Assembly: GCA_028707495.1 (NCBI GenBank)
Contig: JAQWAS010000004.1
Location: 3,157 to 67,156 of the forward strand
Origin: Patescibacteria group bacterium
Lineage (GTDB): Bacteria > Patescibacteriota > Patescibacteriia > UBA2591 > JAQWAS01
Direction: 5' to 3'
DNA length: 64,000 bases
The translations under genes and the position numbers were made by a program. The notes beneath the pieces are model-generated. The model did not search any database and was not told the DNA's origin. It worked only from the letters and a program-made list of their open reading frames with translations. Shown here in pieces: positions 57,701 through 64,000 of this stretch (positions are counted from its first letter, which is position 1; each line of letters begins with the position of its first letter).

Positions 57701-60203
57701 TGTCATAATCATAACAATTATAATAATCCGGCGCTTTTTTTAAATAAACATTTCCACCACCACCATACTCTTTATATGCTGTAGCAGTCGAACCCACTTC
57801 CAGTTGAATATTGTCGTACCAAATATTACTGGTATTTAATTTAACAAAAGGACCAGGATGAAAACTTAACATTATACTGTCATTAAAAAAATAAGAAACA
57901 GTCAAAGAAACCTCCTGATAAGTACCTGCCGTTAAATTAGCATTTAAATTAATTACTTGATTGGTTGTCCCTATATCTGTATTTATATTAGCTGATTTAT
58001 CAACTACCGTCATAACGTCATTTTTTTGAGATGGAACTAAGCTAAAAGAAATAATATCCACGCTATTTATGTCTGCCTCTGGTTTTACCCAAGCTGATAA
58101 TGTATAAGTTTGTTTAATTTGATCATAAAAAATGTTTGGCAGATTAATTGTGTATCCACCCTTAACGGCTATATTACCTGAAATACTTTCAGCACCAGTA
58201 TTATTAAAATTTGTAATTTCTTGTATATTATTTAAAATAGGTTTACCGTCATCATTGGTAATTTCAAAACTACCATTCGGTACAAAATTAACACCTGATT
58301 GTAACGAAATAAATTGGGTGCAACCATCATTTTGACTATCACACTCTTCAACCTGTTTATTTAAATACACTCGATCATAACTGGCGTCATCACCACAAGT
58401 TAACATGTCGTCCCCCTCCCAGTTAGCGCTATCATCTTGACAAGTACTATACCACCGACAGCCTACATTTGAAGCGTTACAACCATCAAAATCTAAAGTA
58501 CTTTCTAAATAATTAAAACTGGCACCATCTGATGAACGCGTGTAGGCCGTACAAGTATCATAATATTCTGGACAAGCATCAGCTTGTGGAAAAGCCCAGG
58601 TATTTTTTTCTTTAGTACATTGCCCCCAAGCTAAACATCCCCCCATACCATCTTCTTGTAAACAATCTTCCGTTTTAGCACAATATTCTTCACGCTCAGC
58701 TGTACCAGATAAAGGCGTAGCTCCGTAGCCCTGAGCAACACATTGCATTAGTGGTGCTTTTAATACCCAGTTTGGATCAACAAGATGATAAAATACGCTT
58801 TCTGAATTATTAAAATTATTAACAATAGTATTTAAGCTTGATTTAGCCCCAGCTTCGCCTTCGTTAATTAAAGCAGCGGCAATCTCTAAACCTAGGGGGA
58901 CCACCCTATATTGACGTAGTTTTTTTATATTCGTTAAAGAATAACGTCTATTATAATCTTGTGTTGAATCTTTAATTGTTGGATCGCTCACCAACCAAGA
59001 GCCATTTAAATAATTTTTTTCTAAAGCTTCTTGAATGGTTACTCCTTCACGAATAGCTGCTGCAAAACGACTATCTATAACACAATTATTTGGACCAGCA
59101 TATTTCGCTTCCGGACAGGCGGTAAATTCAGTTAAAATATCTACTTCTCCTGAAGTACTTGTAATCGGAGGAGTCATAATACTAGACAAAACTTCACTTG
59201 CCTGCTCTCTGCCTGGACGACTCCTAACTTCTCCCCAACTCTCTGAATCTTCTTCCTTATTATTTAAAAGACCTATCAATCCTTTGTTAAATCGTTGTGT
59301 TAGCCTCGCAGCTAAAGTATTTGCAAAGGTTGTTACAAAAAGATTTAATGGACTTTTAAATTCTCCCGCCATTTCAATCTGTTTATCCCACCAAGTTTTA
59401 CCAGTATCAGATAATTGTCCAACATCTTCCCCCGTCATTTGTGTTGGTTTAATTAATTTACCACTAATGGGGTCTTTTCTAGTTTTTAATCCAGCTTCTT
59501 CATAAGCTCTATTTAATTTAGCTATTTCTTGTTGTTTTTGCTCTTCTTCTGATAATTCATCCCATAAGCTCAAAAATGTTCCAACATCATTTTGCTGAGG
59601 ATCAAATTGCAGACTAAAATAATCTAAAAATTGATTTGATTCTAATTCTGCGGCAAATTTCTTCCAGTTGCCCTCAATTTCTCGCCATTCACATTTAGGT
59701 TTGGCTTGTGTTGGCTCAGTAAACTTAACCAAACCAATAACTAAATCAAACTTTTTTTGTTGAATTCTAGGCTCGCACAAATTAAAGCCTAAATACTCTT
59801 CAAAAGATTCTGATATTCCTCCAATGAATTCGCCAGCAGCCGCTTCTCCCGCATCTTGCATATAATCACCCCACGGCTTATGATAAAATAATGGCTTTCC
59901 TCCCTCACCGCCACTAGCCAAATCTACAGCCAAATCATGAGCCATTTTTTGGGTGTACATCTGAATAGAACTATTAATAGTTTGCAAAACAGCAACGTTC
60001 TTAACCGCTTCCCAAGCTTTTTCGCCTAGTGTCTTTGCCCATTCTCCAATCATTTCAATCAAATTAGCTGGATCAAATGTTATACCAAAAACTGCTTGAG
60101 CTGGTTGCGGATATAAAAAAATCGGCAAAACTAATTGACTAGCAAAAACAAATAAAACTAGAGTATAAATTATTTTTTTAAATTTTTCAGATAGCTTAAA
60201 CAT
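51759..60203 (-). CDS. Giant (2814 aa) secreted Cys-rich surface protein with carbohydrate-binding-like domains
   Basis: Signal peptide ending PAQA; many C..GC repeats; N..PNGSFE and NLI.D.DFE galactose-binding-like starts. Confidence 0.85.
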   Translation of the reverse strand: MFKLSEKFKKIIYTLVLFVFASQLVLPIFLYPQPAQAVFGITFDPANLIEMIGEWAKTLGEKAWEAVKNVAVLQTINSSIQMYTQKMAHDLAVDLASGGEGGKPLFYHKPWGDYMQDAGEAAAGEFIGGISESFEEYLGFNLCEPRIQQKKFDLVIGLVKFTEPTQAKPKCEWREIEGNWKKFAAELESNQFLDYFSLQFDPQQNDVGTFLSLWDELSEEEQKQQEIAKLNRAYEEAGLKTRKDPISGKLIKPTQMTGEDVGQLSDTGKTWWDKQIEMAGEFKSPLNLFVTTFANTLAARLTQRFNKGLIGLLNNKEEDSESWGEVRSRPGREQASEVLSSIMTPPITSTSGEVDILTEFTACPEAKYAGPNNCVIDSRFAAAIREGVTIQEALEKNYLNGSWLVSDPTIKDSTQDYNRRYSLTNIKKLRQYRVVPLGLEIAAALINEGEAGAKSSLNTIVNNFNNSESVFYHLVDPNWVLKAPLMQCVAQGYGATPLSGTAEREEYCAKTEDCLQEDGMGGCLAWGQCTKEKNTWAFPQADACPEYYDTCTAYTRSSDGASFNYLESTLDFDGCNASNVGCRWYSTCQDDSANWEGDDMLTCGDDASYDRVYLNKQVEECDSQNDGCTQFISLQSGVNFVPNGSFEITNDDGKPILNNIQEITNFNNTGAESISGNIAVKGGYTINLPNIFYDQIKQTYTLSAWVKPEADINSVDIISFSLVPSQKNDVMTVVDKSANINTDIGTTNQVINLNANLTAGTYQEVSLTVSYFFNDSIMLSFHPGPFVKLNTSNIWYDNIQLEVGSTATAYKEYGGGGNVYLKKAPDYYNCYDYDKDNDSPYCSNYIASCSARDIGCEEYTPENNDPALTAIVSEDDMCLPECNGFQTYKQVPLEWDSHNVTDGFIDMIAESGQTCAANQVGCAEYTNLDDIATGGEGLEYYSAVRNCQKPSNNLCQTYYTWEGDDRLGYQLKPHNLISNYGVEPCTELQGAWEPAAAQCGMADSCTYGDDPDCLEYYDENGNIYHTDRNKVITCSNECYPYRKTLTDVTGDEVLNNEDCPVGHWYNGECLFNLMANESVMCTTNNVGCREYKGNFSNNIKEIFSDDFENGMISPTDWLCLGGNCVLSNENLEIGGHSINITNNSRRFISPPEINKSYILSFWAKGLGTVNAQLSDGSNSSEVYTATLIGDWGYYKFGPIFIDQTWSDSSSVVFGATGSFNYFLDKIILTEVNENIFLIQNSWDDPSVCDGELGCQAYRDSSNQEYYLKSFSSLCSSEVVGCQIFINTQNSISPYAQTFNKNNDNPLDGESLIDNITITSDAFLPLIYNEGYECSYENKGCQRLGLPDQNMEGYSWSERYLINDPEKYQSTPQKPISGAILCDATHDGCEEFVDSQGGSNYFIDPDPFICEYRHGVENKWFIKGTDNLCNNTGYIENWDNGTNSTYSGYAGECKTDMNQCTLFADTYAHGDNLIADADFETVDDWNVTAWNTSSGVIPTTSPTTLWSGNKPYLNTTQGTNNSSVIMPGNPWNNYGPCCGATQIKPAEVYQFIDVAPNQVYKFTALVKALHEEDIAKILIGPAGYSGSVNENPGMRLESVYGFESIIRSIDKRGNGEWPDQGLALEVKISDLGDIDNWYQISGAFKTGDEVNKISIRLQGTTKSISGSWSGGGGVTASLFKKLWSKIFKSVQAQVVLPPSSCDSSGIKQCQAGFNATTLFDNLELKVIDAYYYLDNEQLDTTSCNGQVSLKEGCVLLNNTNQSNLKYNAVRTYISSDEEDGKSMAPTSCGESSGGGCDGEIGGTGGTDNFIYGYDDTNTILKVRRDRQCSEWLYCTDTDYEWDNIEGQWKAKCINYGRCNQIGDTEDPLGTCPGSGMVHVETHINEPCLSDFDCGINEACLGLDRSEDWDDKYRYRRNVCSTDYGLTSSCPGGSYVGAGTCVAVTRAVEAYQQRDISWQGEDYSGWSINNLEPIEFLTTQKYGTGAPDDPEFYARTYIYKEDLQGCSEGDTSSSCPGKCYGDECWIDYGLSNDFCINDSDCILSQTCDLTINHCRCASDDQCPDNQICGDGACVVKASTRLYAEKDSPFAAGMDEQAYTTQGRPYYPEANVCDDDSGEECQLKYRKVKYGSEVRYYNINTSGCIGDVNDDPTGETCIPEGICVSVDTGYQIGNRCKTDSDCGSEMGSCALKQRDDLYYSWGGYCLETDPSQHEDINACMSWDPVDETLGEVSIFNLQPEAAYFADQPWYCVEEMEDAPVINIDKNNSTEFFSGPSKQGSCSGCGDNMCDKSPVCGQWCCAPITHFVGGYYEVADNKDCSGDSWSEWSFGNWLGNSLFRDQIEKIYIEVYSPDGDFSLEDTTGENNCEHSGCGNDDNNDGMGCPDCPNYLNVSIQISSGDDEIYIGGDISEGDKYPKCSACDDGGKIGFWVRWNDDDSLKSIGIRAEDYGGSLAFLIENIKIHLKQGCKTVVDVTENSTNFPTLTQAWTNRVNNWQNISRMQNYDTAIGFSSIDDKDLNSNCKPWGAIGSSSNILDTYITDNSGLGVCVDYAGAMYAIYSSSWRDGITYISSGLDRVFASANGVYEFNIDDFEYNLLTTTHAWSPPSTLCPFSTRDAGTATTYCGIPPQVKGVETSNNFDVISPTDKYIDGSPVIKNGERAEIRFYAKADDNQMPIRRIVVDAGDESNAWEKDNVLLKNRWDDCNNTSFGTSEAGCMNDAYFAMTHVYAYKNDLPSCDFRIDREDNCEKDMVIDGINQTVNIYKPRIQVQDNWGWCTGSCHTNGGQSGCFKSEFLDECNTASNESWVNFDKQIIVIQ

Positions 60204-60226
60204 ATTTTAAAATTATATTTATTTTA

Positions 60227-61009
60227 TTAATTGGCTTCTTGTCTTAAAGACTCTAAAACTGTAGCTTTTAAAGTTTCATCGTCCATTGAATCTAAAACTT
60301 CAGGGTCAAAACCTTCTGAAATCATTAAACTTCTCAACTCGCTAGCAGACATCTTTTCAAAATAATCTAACATTGATTGCTGATCAGAATTTTCAACCTG
60401 GGTTTGATTTAAAACCTCCAAATCTAAACCACCAGTCTCTTCTATGGTTTCTTGATAAACTTCAAACAATGTTTGATCATCGGTCTGATTTAAAACATCT
60501 TGTGGAACACCAGCTTGCAATAATAATTCGCGCAACTCTTGACTCTCGAGATCACTCGTTGAAAATGTATCTAAATTATTAATATTTTCGATTGGTTGAT
60601 TATTGTTGGTATTTTCATTAACAACACCACAATCCTGACCCGGCGCACAATTAGGATTTTCGCCGGTAGTTATTTCTTCTTGATCGGACTTACCATCACT
60701 ATCTGAATCAACTAAATATGGACTAGTTTTGTAAATATATAATTCCTCAAAATCAGTTAGACCGTCTTGATCGGTATCTTTATTTTGTAAACCTATTAAT
60801 TCTTCATCTGAAACTACCATTTCACTGTCTTCTTGAGATTTTTCAATTAAATCTTTTTGCCAATCAGTAAAAGATGATCTAAGGTTTGATCGAAAAGAAA
60901 AAAAAGCAATAATAATGATAAAAAAAGTTAAGCCAATTAACCCCCAAAAACTAGCTTTCTCTCCTTGTGGAGTATTAAACCAAGACAACCTTTTTTCGTA
61001 ATTATTCAC
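60227..61009 (-). CDS. Membrane-anchored protein with DxDxDG Ca-binding (TSP3-like) motifs
   Basis: N-terminal TM; DTDQDGLTD.EE...Y.TSP...DSDSDG.SD..E. Confidence 0.8.
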   Translation of the reverse strand: MNNYEKRLSWFNTPQGEKASFWGLIGLTFFIIIIAFFSFRSNLRSSFTDWQKDLIEKSQEDSEMVVSDEELIGLQNKDTDQDGLTDFEELYIYKTSPYLVDSDSDGKSDQEEITTGENPNCAPGQDCGVVNENTNNNQPIENINNLDTFSTSDLESQELRELLLQAGVPQDVLNQTDDQTLFEVYQETIEETGGLDLEVLNQTQVENSDQQSMLDYFEKMSASELRSLMISEGFDPEVLDSMDDETLKATVLESLRQEAN

Positions 61010-61076
61010 ACAATTAAAATTAGATTAAGATACCTATTATTATAACACTTGATAAAAATTCCGCCAAGAGAAAAAA

Positions 61077-61910
61077 TCAAAATATAATTTTAACCAAATT
61101 GAACCAATCTTCTGATCTTAACTCTTGTGCCCGAATATTTAAATTTAAATTTAATTTTTTAAAAATTAAATCTAATTCTTGATTGGACATTTTTAATCCA
61201 TTTTTAAGGTTGTTGCTGAGTTTTTTTCTTTTAGCACTAAAACCAACTTTAATTAATTTAAAAAATTCATCTTCGATTTGATATTTAATATCTGATTTTA
61301 AAGTTAATTTTAAAATAGCTGAATCAACTCTAGGCTGTGGCCAAAATTTAGTTGCCTCGACTTTAGTAATAATTTTAGGCTGCCAATAAAATTGAATAGC
61401 TAAACTCAATAAACTCATCTGCGGTGGCTGACCAACAATACGTTCAGCAACTTCCTTTTGAACTAAAAAAACCATTGTTTCTGGCAGTGGTTTTTGTGAG
61501 CTTAATTGACGTAAAACTTGTGAAGTAATTTGATATGGTAAGTTGGCAACAACTTTATTAATTTTATGTTGATCTAAAAAATTTTTATTTTTAAATAATT
61601 TTAATATATCATTTTCGATCAATTCTATATTTTTAAATTGCGGTAAAATCTTGTCTATTAAAAAACAGCTCAACTTTTTATCTAATTCCACACTCGTAAC
61701 TTGTTGCGTTTTAAGGGCTAATTCTTGGGTCAAAATGCCCAAACCTGGACCAATCTCTAAAACCCTATCAGTTTTTTTTAAATCTGCTGATGCAACTATT
61801 TGATTTAAAACTTTTTCACTAATCAAAAAATTCTGACCTTTATTTTTTTTGGGTAAGACTTGATATTCTTTCAAAATTGACTTAACTTCTTTGGGCGAAG
61901 TTAACTGCAT
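61077..61910 (-). CDS. rsmA: 16S rRNA m6,2A dimethyltransferase
   Basis: GQNFL, VLEIGPGLG.LT, VANLPY.IT, VQKEVAERI, P.P.VDSA. Confidence 0.97.
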   Translation of the reverse strand: MQLTSPKEVKSILKEYQVLPKKNKGQNFLISEKVLNQIVASADLKKTDRVLEIGPGLGILTQELALKTQQVTSVELDKKLSCFLIDKILPQFKNIELIENDILKLFKNKNFLDQHKINKVVANLPYQITSQVLRQLSSQKPLPETMVFLVQKEVAERIVGQPPQMSLLSLAIQFYWQPKIITKVEATKFWPQPRVDSAILKLTLKSDIKYQIEDEFFKLIKVGFSAKRKKLSNNLKNGLKMSNQELDLIFKKLNLNLNIRAQELRSEDWFNLVKIIF

Positions 61911-61911
61911 T

Positions 61912-63999
61912 TTAGATAACTAAATTAATTAAACGACCTGGCACAAAAATGACTTTTTTAATTTCTTTGTTTTCTAAATATTTAATGATTTTTTCTTGTT
62001 GTTTAACTAATTCTAAAGCTTCATCTTGTTTTATTTCTACACCAACAATAATAGTATCGCGCACCTTACCATTAATTTGAATAACTAAATCAAAGGTTTT
62101 GTCAATTACTAAATTTTCTTGATAGTCGGGCCAAGTCTGTTCAAAAATACTTCCAATGTTGCCTAATCTATGCCACAATTCTTCGGCTGTATGAGGTGCC
62201 ATTGGGGCAATCATTTTAATTAAATCGCTTAAATAAGAAATGTGTATAACCTGATTATTATTTTTAAATTCATTTAAATTATTTACGTATTCCATTAAAG
62301 CTGCTACCGCTGTATTAAATTTAAAATCATCTAAATCTTGACCAACACGCTTAATGGTTTTATGCTTGAATTTTTCTAATTCTGGCTCAATTTCAACTTG
62401 AGATTGATTATTTAAAATGTAATTAGCTAATTGCCAAATTTTTTCTAAAAACCGATAAATACCAATGACACTTTCATCGCTCCATTCTACATCTTGTTCG
62501 GCTGGTCCCATAAATAATTCATAGATTCTTAAAGTATCCACACCATATTTTTGAATAATTTCATCGGGGTTGACTACATTACCCTTAGACTTACTCATCT
62601 TACTGCCTTGATAATAAATCATTCCCTGATTAAATAATTTATTAAAGGGCTCTTCAAATTCAATCAAGCCAACATCAAACATAAATTTGGTAAAAAATCG
62701 AGCATATAATAAATGTAAAACTGCATGTTCAACGCCGCCAATATATAGATCGACTGGCAACCAATATTTAACTTTCTTTTTGTCAAAAATTTCTGTTTCA
62801 TTTTTAGAATCAGCATAACGACAAAAATACCATGACGAACACACCCATTGAGAAATTGTATCTGTTTCGCGATGTGCTGGACCACCACATTTGGGACAAG
62901 TAGTTTGAGCAAAGTTTTCCGTTCTAGCTAGGGGTGACCGACCAGTATCAGTTGGACGAAAATCTTTAATTTCTGGTAATAATAAAGGTAAATCCTTTTC
63001 TGGCACAGGCACCTCGCCACATTTATCACAATAAACAATTGGAATGGGTGCGCCCCAATAACGTTGTCTAGAGATTAACCAATCACGCAATTTGTATTTT
63101 TTAGTGCCATAACCCAGCCCCTGTTCTTCCAACCAAGCAGTAATTTTTTCTCTCGCCTCAACTGAAGTTAAATTTGTAAATTCACCTGAACCAACCAAAA
63201 CACCATCTTCAATAAAAGCTTTATTTTTTTGTTCTTTTAAACCTTCAGGCACAATAACTTCTATAATTTCTAAACCATATTTTTCGGCAAATTCGTAATC
63301 GCGGTCGTCATGCGCTGGCACCGCCATAATCGCACCCGAAGCATAATCTGGTAAAACATAATCCGCCACCCAAATTGGCACCTGTTTGTTATTGACCGGA
63401 TTAATAGCATATGATCCAGTAAAAACACCCGTCTTCTCACGTTCTTGAGATAATCGCTCTCTTTGGGCTAACCTTGAACTTTGCTGAATATATTCTTCAA
63501 CTATATTTTTTTGTTCTGATGTGGTTAAATAATTTACCAACGGATGCTCTGGCGCCAAAACTACATAAGTAATGCCAAAAATCGTATCAATCCGCGTGGT
63601 ATATATTTTAATTTTAACTTCATCATCTGGGCTAATTGCACCAGCTAATTTGTAGTCTAAACCAGTTAATTCTTCGACTTTCTTTTTTTCTTTACCATCA
63701 AACATTACTTCCATAACAAATTCGGTCCCATAACTTTGACCGATCCAATTTTTCTGCATGGTCTTAACTTTATCTGGCCAATTTAAATATTGTAAATCGT
63801 TCAATAACCGATCGGCGTAATCAGTAATTTTTAAAAACCATTGAGTTAATTTCTTTTTAGTCACCTCGCTACCACAGCGCTCACACTTACCAGCGACAAC
63901 CTCTTCGTTAGCTAAACTCGCTTTACAGCCGGTACACCAATTAATAAAAGCTTCTTTGTGATAAGCTAAGCCCTTTTTATATAATTGTAAAAATAACCA
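61912..63999 (-). CDS. leuS: Leucyl-tRNA synthetase (5' end beyond the window)
   Basis: Frame open to the edge (WC..CKASLANEEV..GKCERCG); DWLISRQRYWG, GGVEHAVLHLLYARF, KMSKSKGN. Confidence 0.97.
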   Translation of the reverse strand, partial: WLFLQLYKKGLAYHKEAFINWCTGCKASLANEEVVAGKCERCGSEVTKKKLTQWFLKITDYADRLLNDLQYLNWPDKVKTMQKNWIGQSYGTEFVMEVMFDGKEKKKVEELTGLDYKLAGAISPDDEVKIKIYTTRIDTIFGITYVVLAPEHPLVNYLTTSEQKNIVEEYIQQSSRLAQRERLSQEREKTGVFTGSYAINPVNNKQVPIWVADYVLPDYASGAIMAVPAHDDRDYEFAEKYGLEIIEVIVPEGLKEQKNKAFIEDGVLVGSGEFTNLTSVEAREKITAWLEEQGLGYGTKKYKLRDWLISRQRYWGAPIPIVYCDKCGEVPVPEKDLPLLLPEIKDFRPTDTGRSPLARTENFAQTTCPKCGGPAHRETDTISQWVCSSWYFCRYADSKNETEIFDKKKVKYWLPVDLYIGGVEHAVLHLLYARFFTKFMFDVGLIEFEEPFNKLFNQGMIYYQGSKMSKSKGNVVNPDEIIQKYGVDTLRIYELFMGPAEQDVEWSDESVIGIYRFLEKIWQLANYILNNQSQVEIEPELEKFKHKTIKRVGQDLDDFKFNTAVAALMEYVNNLNEFKNNNQVIHISYLSDLIKMIAPMAPHTAEELWHRLGNIGSIFEQTWPDYQENLVIDKTFDLVIQINGKVRDTIIVGVEIKQDEALELVKQQEKIIKYLENKEIKKVIFVPGRLINLVI

Positions 64000-64000
64000 C

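Noticed and set aside
61077-61079. Alternative genetic code (UGA=Gly, as in Gracilibacteria/Absconditabacteria)
   Set aside because: Long conserved genes translate fully under code 11, and rsmA ends at TGA at the expected length.

Overview
AT-rich bacterial chromosome segment with most genes on the minus strand. The gene set looks like Patescibacteria/CPR (Parcubacteria/ABY1-like; inference): alpha2-type GlyRS, type-2 IleRS, a UvrD-nuclease fusion, giant Cys-rich surface proteins and leaderless promoters. Housekeeping genes are pheST, tatD, cvpA, rsmI, glyS, tgt, recO, ileS, smpB-ssrA-infC-rpmI-rplT-tRNA-Asp, lgt, gatAC, ligA, rsmA and a partial leuS. A ~23 kb surface/type IV pilus locus holds pilD, four minor pilins (two with large adhesin-like cargo), fibre-like proteins and a 2814-aa protein. 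Most unusual features: (1) an ORF-free, promoter- and terminator-bounded ncRNA unit at ~34.9-35.5 kb, with a C-rich hairpin and a graded series of tRNA-derived modules, one a perfect cloverleaf with a Ser(GCU) anticodon on a tRNA-Gly-like short-arm body; (2) two tandem paralogous hyper-acidic microproteins, each with its own DnaA box, promoter and terminator; (3) several palindromic/MITE families, some inserted in frame into tatD, glyS and ileS, and a 21-nt nested insert that sits in opposite arms of two repeat copies; (4) a poly-G frameshifted DUF3310-like gene; (5) a TGT lacking its Zn-binding cysteines; (6) a signal-peptide-like cleavage motif inside the giant protein. All calls come from manual reading; no database searches were run.
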